This document shows positions 15,401-31,000 of a stretch of DNA of 64,000 bases, piece after piece. The translations under genes were made by a program, and so were the position numbers. Each line of letters opens with the position of its first letter. Position 1 is the first letter of the stretch. Under the pieces are notes generated by a model. That model saw nothing but the letters and a program-made list of their open reading frames with translations, was not told the DNA's origin and searched no databases. The DNA is from Eledone cirrhosa (taxonomy: Eukaryota), in NCBI GenBank assembly GCA_964016885.1, contig OZ024740.1:2418001-2482000 (forward strand). The letters run 5' to 3'.

Positions 15401-18400
15401 GTCCTCACTATAAAGTGGTCATGTAGGTGTCACAATAAAAAGTATCCAGCCCACACTATAAAGTGGTCATGTAGGTGTCACAATAAAAAGTACCCAGTCC
15501 ACACTGTAAAGTGGTCATGTAGGTGTCACAATATAAAGTATCCAGTCCACACTGTAAAGTGGTCATGTAGGTGTCACAATAAAAAGTACCTGGTCCACAC
15601 TGTAACGTGGTCTTGTAGGTGTCACAATAACAAGTATCCAGCCCACACTGTAAAGTGGTCATGTAGGTGTCACAATAAAAAGTACCTGGTCCTCACTATA
15701 AAGTGGTCATCTATGTGCCACAATAAAATGTACCTGGTCCTCACTAGAAAGTGATCATGTAGGTGTCACAATAACAAGTATCCAGTCCACACTGTAAAGT
15801 GGTCATGTAGGTGTCACAATAAAAAGTACCCAGTCCTCACTATAAAGTGGTCATGAAGGTGTCACAATAAAAAGTACCCAGCCCACACTGTAAAGTGGTC
15901 ATGTAGGTGTCACAATAAAAAGTACCCAGTCCTCACTATAAAGTGGTCATGAAGGTGTCACAATAAAAAGTACCCAGTCCACACTGTAAAGTGGTCATGT
16001 AGGTGTCACAATAAAAAGCACCCAGCCCACACTGTAAAGTGGTCATGTAGGTGTCACAATAACAAGTACCCAGCCCACACTGTAAAGTGGTCATGTAGGT
16101 GTCACAATAAAAAGTACCTGGTCCTCACTATAAAGTGGCCATGTAGGTGTCACAATAAAAAGTACCTGGTCCTCACTATAAAGTGGTCATGTAGGTGTGA
16201 CAGTAAAAAGTATCCAGCCCACACTATAAAGTGGTCATGTAGGTGTCACAATAAAAAGTACCCAGTTCACACTGTAAAGTGGTCATGTAGGTGTCACGAT
16301 AAAAAGTATCCAGTCCACACTGTAAAGTGGTCATGTAGGTGTCACAATAAAAAGTATCCAGTCCACACTGTAAAGTGGTCATGTAGGTGTCACAATAAAA
16401 AGTACCCAGTCGACACTGTAAAGTGGTCATGTAGGTGTCACAATAAAAAGTACCCAGTCCTCAGTATAAAGTGGTCATGAAGGTGTCACAATAAAAAGTA
16501 CCCAGTCCACACTATAAAGTGGTCATGAAGGTGACACAATAAAATTACCCAGTCCACACTGTAAAGTGGTCTTGTAGGTGTCACAATAAAAAGTATCCAG
16601 TCCACACTATAAAGTGGTCATGTAGGTGTCACAATAAAAAGTACCCAGTCCACACTGTAAAGTGGTCATGTAGGTGTCACAATAAAAAGTACCCAGCCCA
16701 CACTATAAAGTGGTCATGTAGGTGTCACAATAACAAGTACCCAGCCCACACTATAAAGTGGTCATGTAGGTGTCACAATAACAAGTACCCAGTCCACACT
16801 GTAAAGTGGTCATGTAGGTGTCACAATAAAAAGTACCCAACCCACACTCTAAAGTGGTCATGTAGGTGTCACAATAAAAAGTACCCAGCCCACACTATAA
16901 AGTGGCCATGTAGGTGTCACAATAAAAAGTATCCAGCCCACACTATAAAGTGGTCATGTAGGTGTCACAATAACAAGTATCCAGCCCACACTGTAAAGTG
17001 GTCATGTAGGTGTCACAATAACAAGTACCCAGTCCACACTATAAAGTAGTCATGTAGGTGTCACAATAAAAAGTATCCAGTCCACACTATAAAGTGGTCA
17101 TGTAGGTGTCACAATCAAAAGTACCCAGTCCACACTATAAAGTGGTCATGTAGGTGTCACAATAAAAATATCCAGTCCACACTGTAAAGTGGTCATGAAG
17201 GTGTCACAATAAAAAGTACCCAGTCCACACTATAAAGTGGTCATGTAGGTGTCACAATAAAAAGTATCCAGTCCACACTGTAAAGTGGTCATGTAGGTGT
17301 CACAATAAAAAGTACCTGGTCCTCACTATAAAGTGGTCATGTAGGTGTCACAATAAAAAGTATCCAGCCCACACTATAAAGTGGTCATGTAGGTGTCACA
17401 ATAAAAAGTACCCAGTCCACACTGTAAAGTGGTCATGTAGGTGTCACAATATAAAGTATCCAGTCCACACTGTAAAGTGGTCATGTAGGTGTCACAATAA
17501 AAAGTACCTGGTCCACACTGTAACGTGGTCATGTAGGTGTCACAATAACAAGTATCCAGCCCACACTGTAAAGTGGTCATCTATGTGTCACAATAAAACG
17601 TACCTGGTCCTCACTATAAAGTGATCATGTAGGTGTCACAATAACAAGTATCCAGTCCACACTGTAAAGTGGTCATGTAGGTGTCACAATAAAAAGTATC
17701 CAGCCCACACTGTAAAGTGGTCATGAAGGTGTCACAATAAAAAGTATCCAGCCCACACTATAAAGTGGTCATGTAGGTGTCACAATAAAAATACCCAGCC
17801 CACACTATAAAGTGGACATGTAGGTGTCACAATAAAAAGTATCCAGCCCACACTATAAAGTGGTCATGTAGGTGTCACAATAACAAGTATCCAGTCCACA
17901 CTGTAAAGTGGTCATGTAGGTGTCACAATAAAAAGTACTTGGTCCTCACTATAAAGTGGTCATGTAGGTGTCACAATAAAAAGTACCTGGTCCTCACTAT
18001 AAACTGGTCATGTAGGTGTCACAATAAAAAGTATCCAGCCCACACTATAAAGTGGTCATGTAGGTGTCACAATAAAAAGTACCCAGTCCACACTATAAAG
18101 TGGTCATGTAGGTGTCACAATAAAAAGTACCTGGTCCTCACTATAAAGTGGTCATGTAGGTGTCACAATAAAAAGTACCCAGCCTACACTGTAAAGTGGT
18201 CATGTAGGTGTCACAATAAAAAGTATCCAGTCCACACTGTAAAGTGGTCATGTAGGTGGCACAATAAAAAGTACCCAGCCCACACTGTATAGTGGTCATG
18301 TAGGTGTCACAATAAAAAGTACCTGGTCCTCACTATAAAGTGGTCATGTAGGTGTCACAATAAAAAGTACCTGGTCCTCACTATAAAGTGGTCATGTAGG

Positions 18401-18500
18401 TGTCACAATAAAAAGTACCTGGTCCTCACTATAAAGTGGTCATGTAGGTGTCACAATAAAAAGTATCCAGCCCACACTATAAAGTGGTCATGTAGGTGTC
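12480..18500. repeat. Approximately 3021-bp (63-monomer) tandem duplication
   Basis: TATGTGCC at 12691/15712; ORF pairs 14353/17374 and 14918/17939. The offset is locally 3069 (13155/16224) from a one-monomer gain then loss. Ends are approximate. Confidence 0.75.
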
Positions 18501-20679
18501 ACAATAAAAAGTACCCAGTCCACACTGTAAAGTGGTCATGTAGGTGTCACAATATAAAGTATCCAGTCCACACTGTAAAGTGGTCATGTAGGTGTCACAA
18601 TAAAAAGTACCTGGTCCACACTGTAACGTGGTCTTGTAGGTGTCACAATAACAAGTATCCAGCCCACACTGTAAAGTGTCATGTAGGTGTCACAATAAAA
18701 AGTACCTGGTCCCCACTATAAAGTGGTCATCTATGTGTCACAATAAAATGTACCTGGTCCTCACTATAAAGTGATCATGTAGGTGTCACAATAACAAGTA
18801 TCCAGTCCACACTGTAAAGTGGTCATGTAGGTGTCACAATAAAAAGTACCCAGTCCTCACTATAAAGTGGTCATGAAGGTGTCACAATAAAAAGTACCCA
18901 GTCCACACTATAAAGTGGTCATGTAGGTGTCACTATGAAAAGTATCCAGTCCACACTATAAAGTGGTCATGAAGGTGTCACAATAAAAAGTACCCAGTCC
19001 ACACTGTAAAGTGGTCATGTAGGTGTCACAATAACAAGTACCCAGTCCACACTGTAAAGTGGTCATGTAGGTGTCACAATAAAAAGTACCCAGCCCACAC
19101 TGTAAAGTGGTCATGTAGGTGTCACAATAACAAGTACCCAGCCCACACTGTAAAGTGGTCATGTAGGTGTCACAATAACAAGTACCCAGTCCACACTGTA
19201 AAGTGGTCATGTAGGTGTCACAATAAAAAGTACCCAGCCCACACTATAAAGTGGTCATGTAGGTGTCACAATAACAAGTACCCAGCCCACACTATAAAGT
19301 GGTCATGTAGGTGTCACAATAACAAGTACCCAATCCACACTGTAAAGTGGTCATGTAGGTGTCACAATAAAAAGTACCCAGCCCACACTGTAAAGTGTTC
19401 ATGTAGGTGTCACAATAACAAGTACCCAGCCCACACTGTAAAGTGGTCATGTAGGTGTCACAATAAAAAGTATCCAGTCCACACTGTAAAGTGGTCATGT
19501 AGGTGTCACAATAAAAAGTACCTGGTCCTCACTATAAAGTGGTGATGTAGGTGTCACAATAAAAAGTACCTGGTCCTCACTATAAAGTGGTCATGTAGGT
19601 GTCACAGTAAAAAGTATCCAGCCCACACTATAAAGTGGTCATGTAGGTGTCACAATAAAAAGTACCCACTCCACACTGTAAAGTGGTCATGTAGGTGTCA
19701 CAATATAAAGTATCCAGTCCACACTGTAAAGTGGTCATGTAGGTGTCACAATAAAAAGTACCTGGTCCACACTGTAACGTGGTCTTGTAGGTGTCACAAT
19801 AACAAGTATCCAGCCCACACTGTAAAGTGGTCATGTAGGTGTCACAATAAAAAGTACCTGGTCCTCACTATAAAGTGGTCATCTATGTGCCACAATAAAA
19901 TGTACCTGGTCCTCACTAGAAAGTGATCATGTAGGTGTCACAATAACAAGTATCCAGTCCACACTGTAAAGTGGTCATGTAGGTGTCACAATAAAAAGTA
20001 CCCAGTCCTCACTATAAAGTGGTCATGAAGGTGTCACAATAAAAAGTACCCAGCCCACACTGTAAAGTGGTCATGTAGGTGTCACAATAACAAGTACCCA
20101 GCCCACACTGTAAAGTGGTCATGTAGGTGTCACAATAACAAGTACCCAGTCCACACTGTAAAGTGGTCATGTAGGTGTCACAATTAAAAGTACCCAGCCC
20201 ACACTATAAAGTGGTCATGTAGGTGTCACAATAACAAGTACCCAGCCCACACTATAAAGTGGTCATGTAGGTGTCACAATAACAAGTACGCAGTCCACAC
20301 TGTAAAGTGGTCATGTAGGTGTCACAATAAAAAGCACCCAGCCCACACTGTAAAGTGGTCATGTAGGTGTCACAATAACAAGTACCCAGCCCACACTGTA
20401 AAGTGGTCATGTAGGTGTCACAATAAAAAGTACCTGGTCCTCACTATAAAGTGGCCATGTAGGTGTCACAATAAAAAGTACCTGGTCCTCACTATAAAGT
20501 GGTCATGTAGGTGTGACAGTAAAAAGTATCCAGCCCACACTATAAAGTGGTCATGTAGGTGTCACAACAAAAAGTACCCAGTCCACACTGTAAAGTGGTC
20601 ATGTAGGTGTCACGATAAAAAAGTATCCAGTCCACACTGTAAAGTGGTCATGTAGGTGTCACAATAAAAAGTATCCAGT

Positions 20680-22020
20680 CCACACTGTAAAGTGGTCATG
20701 TAGGTGTCACAATAAAAAGTACCCAGTCGACACTGTAAAGTGGTCATGTAGGTGTCACAATAAAAAGTACCCAGTCCTCACTATAAAGTGGTCATGAAGG
20801 TGTCACAATAAAAAGTACCCAGTCCACACTATAAAGTGGTCATGAAGGTGACACAATAAAATTACCCAGTCCACACTGTAAAGTGGTCTTGTAGGTGTCA
20901 CAATAAAAAGTACCTGGTCCTCACTATAAAGTGGCCATGTAGGTGTCACAATAAAAAGTACCTGGTCCTCACTATAAAGTGGTCATGTAGGTGTGACAGT
21001 AAAAAGTATCCAGCCCACACTATAAAGTGGTCATGTAGGTGTCACAATAACAAGTACCCAGTCCACACTGTAAAGTGGTCATGTAGGTGTCACAATAAAA
21101 AGTACCCAGCCCACATTATAAAGTGGTCATGTAGGTGTCACTATAACAAGTACCCAGCCCACACTATAAAGTGGTCATGTAGGTGTCACAATAACAAGTA
21201 CCCAGTCCACACTGTAAAGTGGTAATGTAGGTGTCACAATAAAAAGTACCCAACCCACACTCTAAAGTGGTCATGTAGGTGTCACAATAAAAAGTACCCA
21301 GCCCACACTATAAAGTGGCCATGTAGGTGTCACAATAAAAAGTATCCAGCCCACACTGTAAAGTGGTCATGTAGGTGTCACAATAAAAAGTACCCAGTCG
21401 ACACTGTAAAGTGGTCATGTAGGTGTCACAATAAAAAGTACCCAGTCCTCACTATAAAGTGGTCATGAAGGTGTCACAATAAAAAGTACCCAGTCCACAC
21501 TATAAAGTGGTCATGAAGGTGACACAATAAAATTACCCAGTCCACACTGTAAAGTGGTCTTGTAGGTGTCACAATAAAAAGTACCTGGTCCTCACTATAA
21601 AGTGGCCATGTAGGTGTCACAATAAAAAGTACCTGGTCCTCACTATAAAGTGGTCATGTAGGTGTGACAGTAAAAAGTATCCAGCCCACACTATAAAGTG
21701 GTCATGTAGGTGTCACAATAACAAGTACCCAGTCCACACTGTAAAGTGGTCATGTAGGTGTCACAATAAAAAGTACCCAGCCCACATTATAAAGTGGTCA
21801 TGTAGGTGTCACTATAACAAGTACCCAGCCCACACTATAAAGTGGTCATGTAGGTGTCACAATAACAAGTACCCAGTCCACACTGTAAAGTGGTAATGTA
21901 GGTGTCACAATAAAAAGTACCCAACCCACACTCTAAAGTGGTCATGTAGGTGTCACAATAAAAAGTACCCAGCCCACACTATAAAGTGGCCATGTAGGTG
22001 TCACAATAAAAAGTATCCAG
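20680..22020. repeat. 671-bp (14-monomer) tandem duplication
   Basis: GTCGAC at 20726/21397 and GGTAATGTAG at 21221/21892; CACATTATA and CACTATAAC variants are also doubled. Confidence 0.85.
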
Positions 22021-25000
22021 CCCACACTATAAAGTGGTCATGTAGGTGTCACAATAACAAGTATCCAGCCCACACTGTAAAGTGGTCATGTAGGTGTTAC
22101 AATAACAAGTACCCAGTCCACACTATAAAGTAGTCATGTAGGTGTCACAATAAAAAGTATCCAGTCCACACTATAAAGTGGTCATGTAGGTGTCACAATC
22201 AAAAGTACCCAGTCCACACTATAAAGTGGTCATGTAGGTGTCACAATAAAAATATCCAGTCCACACTGTAAAGTGGTCATGAAGGTGTCACAATAAAAAG
22301 TACCCAGTCCACACTATAAAGTGGTCATGTAGGTGTCACAATAAAAAGTATCCAGTCCACACTGTAAAGTGGTCATGTAGGTGTCACAATAAAAAGTACC
22401 TGGTCCTCACTATAAAGTGGTCATGTAGGTGTCACAATAAAAAGTATCCAGCCCACACTATAAAGTGGTCATGTAGGTGTCACAATAAAAAGTACCCAGT
22501 CCACACTGTGAAGTGGTCATGTAGGTGTCACAATATAAAGTATCCAGTCCACACTGTAAAGTGGTCATGTAGGTGTCACAATAAAAAGTACCTGGTCCAC
22601 AATGTAACGTGGTCATGTAGGTGTCACAATAACAAGTATCCAGCCCACACTGTAAAGTGGTCATCTATGTGTCACAATAAAATGTACCTGGTCCTCACTA
22701 TAAAGTGATCATGTAGGTGTCACAATAACAAGTATCCAGTCCACACTGTAAAGTGGTCATGTAGGTGTCACAATAAAAAGTACCCAGTCCTCACTATAAA
22801 GTTGTCATGAAGGTGTCACAATAAAAAGTACCCAGTCCACACTATAAAGTGGTCATGTAGGTGTCACAATGAAAAGTATCCAGACCACACTATAAAGTGG
22901 TCATGAAGGTGTCACAATAAAAAGTACCCAGTCCACACTGTAAAGTGGTCATGTAGGTGTCACAATAACAAGTACCCAGTCCACACTGTAAAGTGGTCAT
23001 GTAGGTGTCACAATAAAAAGTACCCAGTCCACACTGTAAAGTGGTCATGTAGGTGTCACAATAACAAGTACCCAGCCCACACTGTAAAGTGGTCATGTAG
23101 GTGTCACAATAACAAGTACCCAGTCCACACTGTAAAGTGGTCATGTAGGTGTCACAATAAAAAGTACCCAGCCCACACTATAAAGTGGTCATGTAGGTGT
23201 CACAATAACAAGTACCCAGCCCACACTGTAAAGTGGTCATGTAGGTGTCACAATAAAAAGTACCCAGCCCACACTATAAAGTGGTCATGTAGGTGTCACA
23301 ATAAAAAGTATCCAGCCCACACTGTAAAGTGGTCATGAAGGTGTCACAATAAAAAGTATCCAGCTCACACTATAAAGTGGTCATGTAGGTGTCACAATAA
23401 AAAGTATCCAGCCCACACTATAAAGTGGTCATGTAGGTGTCACAATAAAAAGTACCCAGCCAACACTATAAAGTGGACATGTAGGTGTCACAATTAAAAG
23501 TATCCAGCCCACGCTATAAAGTGGTCATGTAGGTGTCACAATAACAAGTATCCAGCCCACACTGTAAAGTGGTCATGTAGGTGTCACAATAACAAGTACC
23601 CAGACCACACTATAAAGTGGTCATGCAGGTGTCACAATAAAAAGTATCCAGTCCACACTATAAAGTGGTCATGTAGGTGTCACAATAAAAAGTACCCAGT
23701 CCACACTATACAGTGGTCATGTAGGTATCACAATAAAAAGTATCCAGTCCACACTGTAAAGTGGTCATGAAGGTGTCACAATAAAAAATACCCAGTCCAC
23801 ACTATAAAGTGGTCATGTAGGTGTCACAATAAAAAGTATCCAGTCCACACTGTAAAGTGGTCATGTAGGTGTCACAATAAAAAGTACCTGGTCCTCACTA
23901 TAAAGTGGTCATGTAGGTGTCACAATAAAAAGTATCCAGCCCACACTATAAAGTGGTCATGTAGGTGTCACAATAAAAAGTACCCAGCCAACACTATAAA
24001 GTGGACATGTAGGTGTCACAATAAAAGGTACCCAGCCCACACTGTAAAGTGGTCATGTAGGTGTCACAACAAAAAGTACCCAGCCCACACTATAAAGTGG
24101 TCATGTAGGTGTCACAATAACAAGTATCCAGCCCACACTGTAAAGTGGTCATGTAGGTGTCACAATAAAAAGTATCCAGCCCACACTGTAAAGTGGTCAT
24201 GTAGGTGTCACAATAAAAAGTATCCAGCCCACACTATAAAGTGGTCATGTAGGTGTCACAATAAAAAGTATCCAGTCCACACTGTAAAGTGGTCATGTAG
24301 GTGTCACAATAAAAAGTACCCAGCCCACACTGTAAAGTGGTCATGTAGGTGTCACAATAAAAAGTACCTGGTCCTCACTATAAAGTGGTCATGTAGGTGT
24401 CACAATAAAAAGTACCTGGTCCTCACTATAAAGTGGTCATGTAGGTGTCACAATAAAAAGTACCTGGTCCACACTGTAACGTGGTCTTGTAGGTGTCACA
24501 ATAACAAGTATCCAGCCCACACTGTAAAGTGGTCATGTAGGTGTCACAATAAAAAGTACCTGGTCCTCACTATAAAGTGGTCATCTATGTGCCACAATAA
24601 AATGTACCTGGTCCTCACTAGAAAGTGATCATGTAGGTGTCACAATAACAAGTATCCAGTCCACACTGTAAAGTGGTCATGTAGGTGTCACAATAAAAAG
24701 TACCCAGTCCTCACTATAAAGTGGTCATGAAGGTGTCACAATAAAAAGTACCCAGCCCACACTGTAAAGTGGTCATGTAGGTGTCACAATAACAAGTACC
24801 CAGCCCACACTGTAAAGTGGTCATGTAGGTGTCACAATAACAAGTACCCAGTCCACACTGTAAAGTGGTCATGTAGGTGTCACAATTAAAAGTACCCAGC
24901 CCACACTATAAAGTGGTCATGTAGGTGTCACAATAACAAGTACCCAGCCCACACTATAAAGTGGTCATGTAGGTGTCACAATAACAAGTACGCAGTCCAC

Positions 25001-28000
25001 ACTGTAAAGTGGTCATGTAGGTGTCACAATAAAAAGCACCCAGCCCACACTGTAAAGTGGTCATGTAGGTGTCACAATAACAAGTACCCAGCCCACACTG
25101 TAAAGTGGTCATGTAGGTGTCACAATAAAAAGTACCTGGTCCTCACTATAAAGTGGCCATGTAGGTGTCACAATAAAAAGTACCTGGTCCTCACTATAAA
25201 GTGGTCATGTAGGTGTGACAGTAAAAAGTATCCAGCCCACACTATAAAGTGGTCATGTAGGTGTCACAACAAAAAGTACCCAGTCCACACTGTAAAGTGG
25301 TCATGTAGGTGTCACGATAAAAAGTATCCAGTCCACACTGTAAAGTGGTCATGTAGGTGTCACAATAAAAAGTATCCAGTCCACACTGTAAAGTGGTCAT
25401 GTAGGTGTCACAATAAAAAGTACCCAGTCGACACTGTAAAGTGGTCATGTAGGTGTCACAATAAAAAGTACCCAGTCCTCACTATAAAGTGGTCATGAAG
25501 GTGTCACAATAAAAAGTACCCAGTCCACACTATAAAGTGGTCATGAAGGTGACACAATAAAATTACCCAGTCCACACTGTAAAGTGGTCTTGTAGGTGTC
25601 ACAATAAAAAGTATCCAGTCCACACTATAAAGTGGTCATGTAGGTGTCACAATAAAAAGTACCCAGCCCACACTGTAAAGTGGTCATGTAGGTGTCACAA
25701 TAACAAGTACCCAGTCCACACTGTAAAGTGGTCATGTAGGTGTCACAATAAAAAGTACCCAGCCCACACTATAAAGTGGTCATGTAGGTGTCACTATAAC
25801 AAGTACCCAGCCCACACTATAAAGTGGTCATGTAGGTGTCACAATAACAAGTACCCAGTCCACACTGTAAAGTGGTAATGTAGGTGTCACAATAAAAAGT
25901 ACCCAACCCACACTCTAAAGTGGTCATGTAGGTGTCACAATAACAAGTATCCAGCCCACACTGTAAAGTGGTCATGTAGGTGTCACAATAACAAGTACCC
26001 AGTCCACACTATAAAGTAGTCATGTAGGTGTCACAATAAAAAGTATCCAGTCCACACTATAAAGTGGTCATGTAGGTGTCACAATCAAAAGTACCCAGTC
26101 CACACTATAAAGTGGTCATGTAGGTGTCACAATAAAAATATCCAGTCCACACTGTAAAGTGGTCATGAAGGTGTCACAATAAAAAGTACCCAGTCCACAC
26201 TATAAAGTGGTCATGTAGGTGTCACAATAAAAAGTATCCAGTCCACACTGTAAAGTGGTCATGTAGGTGTCACAATAAAAAGTACCTGGTCCTCACTATA
26301 AAGTGGTCATGTAGGTGTCACAATAAAAAGTATCCAGCCCACACTATAAAGTGGTCATGTAGGTGTCACAATAAAAAGTACCCAGTCCACACTGTAAAGT
26401 GGTCATGTAGGTGTCACAATATAAAGTATCCAGTCCACACTGTAAAGTGGTCATGTAGGTGTCACAATAAAAAGTACCTGGTCCACAATGTAACGTGGTC
26501 ATGTAGGTGTCACAATAACAAGTATCCAGCCCACACTGTAAAGTGGTCATCTATGTGTCACAATAAAATGTACCTGGTCCTCACTATAAAGTGATCATGT
26601 AGGTGTCACAATAACAAGTATCCAGTCCACACTGTAAAGTGGTCATGTAGGTGTCACAATAAAAAGTACCCAGTCCTCACTATAAAGTTGTCATGAAGGT
26701 GTCACAATAAAAAGTACCCAGTCCACACTATAAAGTGGTCATGTAGGTGTCACAATGAAAAGTATCCAGACCACACTATAAAGTGGTCATGAAGGTGTCA
26801 CAATAAAAAGTACCCAGTCCACACTGTAAAGTGGTCATGTAGGTGTCACAATAACAAGTACCCAGTCCACACTGTAAAGTGGTCATGTAGGTGTCACAAT
26901 AAAAAGTACCCAGTCCACACTGTAAAGTGGTCATGTAGGTGTCACAATAAAAAGTACCCAGCCCACACTGTAAAGTGGTCATGTAGGTGTCACAATAACA
27001 AGTACCCAGTCCACACTGTAAAGTGGTCATGTAGGTGTCACAATAAAAAGTACCCAGCCCACACTATAAAGTGGTCATGTAGGTGTCACAATAAAAAGTA
27101 TCCAGCCCACACTGTAAAGTGGTCATGAAGGTGTCACAATAAAAAGTATCCAGCTCACACTATAAAGTGGTCATGTAGGTGTCACAATAAAAAGTATCCA
27201 GCCCACACTATAAAGTGGTCATGTAGGTGTCACAATAAAAAGTACCCAGCCAACACTATAAAGTGGACATGTAGGTGTCACAATTAAAAGTATCCAGCCC
27301 ACGCTATAAAGTGGTCATGTAGGTGTCACAATAACAAGTATCCAGCCCACACTGTAAAGTGGTCATGTAGGTGTCACAATAACAAGTACCCAGTCCACAC
27401 TATAAAGTGGTCATGCAGGTGTCACAATAAAAAGTATCCAGTCCACACTATAAAGTGGTCATGTAGGTGTCACAATAAAAAGTACCCAGTCCACACTATA
27501 CAGTGGTCATGTAGGTATCACAATAAAAAGTATCCAGTCCACACTGTAAAGTGGTCATGAAGGTGTCACAATAAAAAATACCCAGTCCACACTATAAAGT
27601 GGTCATGTAGGTGTCACAATAAAAAGTATCCAGTCCACACTGTAAAGTGGTCATGTAGGTGTCACAATAAAAAGTACCTGGTCCTCACTATAAAGTGGTC
27701 ATGTAGGTGTCACAATAAAAAGTATCCAGCCCACACTATAAAGTGGTCATGTAGGTGTCACAATAAAAAGTACCCAGCCAACACTATAAAGTGGACATGT
27801 AGGTGTCACAATAAAAGGTACCCAGCCCACACTGTAAAGTGGTCATGTAGGTGTCACAACAAAAAGTACCCAGCCCACACTATAAAGTGGTCATGTAGGT
27901 GTCACAATAACAAGTATCCAGCCCACACTGTAAAGTGGTCATGTAGGTGTCACAATAAAAAGTATCCAGCCCACACTGTAAAGTGGTCATGTAGGTGTCA

Positions 28001-31000
28001 CAATAAAAAGTATCCAGCCCACACTATAAAGTGGTCATGTAGGTGTCACAATAAAAAGTATCCAGTCCACACTGTAAAGTGGTCATGTAGGTGTCACAAT
28101 AAAAAGTACCCAGCCCACACTGTAAAGTGGTCATGTAGGTGTCACAATAAAAAGTACCTGGTCCTCACTATAAAGTGGTCATGTAGGTGTCACAATAAAA
28201 AGTACCAGGTCCTCACTATAAACTGGTCATGTAGGTGTCACAATAAAAAGTATCCAGCCCACACTATAAAGTGGTCATGTAGGTGTCACAATAAAAAGTA
28301 CCCAGTCCACACTGTAAAGTGGTCATGTATGTGTCACAATAAAAAGTATCTAGTCCACACTGTAAAGTGGTCATGTAGGTGTCACAATAAAAAGTACCTG
28401 GTCCTCACTATAAAGTGGTCATGTAGGTGTCACAATAAAAAGTACCTGGTCCTCACTATAAAGTGGTCATGTAGGTGTCACAATAAAAAGTATCCAGCCC
28501 ACACTATAAAGTGGTCATGTAGGTGTCACAATAAAAAGTACCCAGTCCACACTGTAAAGTGGTCATGTAGGTGTCACAATAAAAAGTACACAGCCCACAC
28601 TATAAAGTGGCCATGTAGGTGTCACAATAAAAAGTATCCAGCCCACACTATAAAGTGGTCATGTAGGTGTCACAATAACAAGTATCCAGCCCACACTGTA
28701 AAGTGGTCATGTAGGTGTCACAATAACAAGTACCCAGTCCACACTATAAAGTAGTCATGTAGGTGTCACAATAAAAAGTATCCAGTCCACACTATAAAGT
28801 GGTCATGTAGGTGTCACAATCAAAAGTACCCAGTCCACACTATAAAGTGGTCATGTAGGTGTCACAATAAAAATATCCAGTCCACACTGTAAAGTGGTCA
28901 TGAAGGTGTCACAATAAAAAGTACCCAGTCCACACTATAAAGTGGTCATGTAGGTGTCACAATAAAAAGTATCCAGTCCACACTGTAAAGTGGTCATGTA
29001 GGTGTCACAATAAAAAGTACCTGGTCCTCACTATAAAGTGGTCATGTAGGTGTCACAATAACAAGTATCCAGCCCACACTGTAAAGTGTCATGTAGGTGT
29101 CACAATAAAAAGTATCCAGCCCACACTGTACAGTGGTCATGTAGGTGTCACAATAAAAAGTATCCAGCCCACACTGTAAAGTGGTCATGTTGGTGTCACA
29201 ATAAAAAGTACTTGGTCCTCACTATAAAGTGGTCATGTAGGTGTCACAATAAAAAGTACCCAGTCCACACTGTAAAGTGGTCATGTAGGTGTCACAATAA
29301 AAAGTATCCAGTCCACACTGTAAAGTGGTCATGTAGGTGGCACAATAAAAAGTACCCAGCCCACACTGTATAGTGGTCATGTAGGTGTCACAATAAAAAG
29401 TACCTGGTCCTCACTATAAAGTGGTCATGTAGGTGTCACAATAAAAAATACCTGGTCCTCACTATAAAGTGGTCATGTAGGTGTCACAATAAAAAGTACC
29501 TGGTCCTCACTATAAAGTGGTCATGTAGGTGTCACAATAAAAAGTATCCAGCCCACACTATAAAGTGGTCATGTAGGTGTCACAATAAAAAGTACCCAGT
29601 CCACACTGTAAAGTGGTCATGTAGGTGTCACAATATAAAGTATCCAGTCCACACTGTAAAGTGGTCATGTAGGTGTCACAATAAAAAGTACCTGGTCCAC
29701 ACTGTAACGTGGTCATGTAGGTGTCACAATAAAAAGTATCCAGCCCACACTGTAAAGTGGTCATCTATGTGTCACAATAAAATGTACCTGGTCCTCACTA
29801 TAAAGTGATCATGTAGGTGTCACAATAACAAGTATCCAGTCCACACTGTAAAGTGGTCATGTAGGTGTCACAATAAAAAGTACCCAGTCCTCACTATAAA
29901 GTGGTCATGAAGGTGTCACAATAAAAAGTACCCAGTCCACACTATAAAGTGTTCATGTAGGTGTCACAATGAAAAGTATCCAGTCCACACTATAAAGTGG
30001 TCATGAAGGTGTCACAATAAAAAGTACCCAGTCCACACTGTAAAGTGGTCATGTAGGTGTCACAATAACAAGTACCCAGTCCACACTGTAAAGTGGTCAT
30101 GTAGGTGTCACAATAAAAAGTACCCAGTCCACACTGTAAAGTGGTCATGTAGGTGTCACAATAACAAGTACCCAGCCCACACTGTAAAGTGGTCATGTAG
30201 GTGTCACAATAACAAGTACCCAGTCCACACTGTAAAGTGGTCATGTAGGTGTCACAATAAAAAGTACCCAGCCCACACTATAAAGTGGTCATGTAGGTGT
30301 CACAATAACAAGTACCCAGCCCACACTATAAAGTGGTCATGTAGGTGTCACAATAACAAGTACCCAGTCCACACTGTAAAGTGGTCATGTAGGTGTCACA
30401 ATAAAAAGTACCCAGCCCACACTATAAAGTGGTCATGTAGGTGTCACAATAAAAAGTATCCAGCCCACACTGTAAAGTGGTCATGAAGGTGTCACAATAA
30501 AAAGTATCCAGCTCACACTATAAAGTGGTCATGTAGGTGTCACAATATAAAGTATCCAGCCCACACTATAAAGTGGTCATGTAGGTGTCACAATAAAAAG
30601 TACCCAGCCAACACTATAAAGTGGACATGTAGGTGTCACAATAAAAAGTATCCAGCCCACGCTATAAAGTGGTCATGTAGGTGTCACAATAACAAGTATC
30701 CAGCCCACACTGTAAAGTGGTCATGTAGGTGTCACAATAACAAGTAAACAGTCCACACTATAAAGTGGTCATGCAGGTGTCACAATAAAAAGTATCCAGT
30801 CCACACTATAAAGTGGTCATGTAGGTGTCACAATAAAAAGTACCCAGTCCACACTATACAGTGGTCATGTAGGTGTCACAATAAAAAGTATCCAGTCCAC
30901 ACTGTAAAGTGGTCATGAAGGTGTCACAATAAAAAATACCCAGTCCACACTATAAAGTGGTCATGTAGGTGTCACAATAAAAAGTATCCAGTCCACACTG

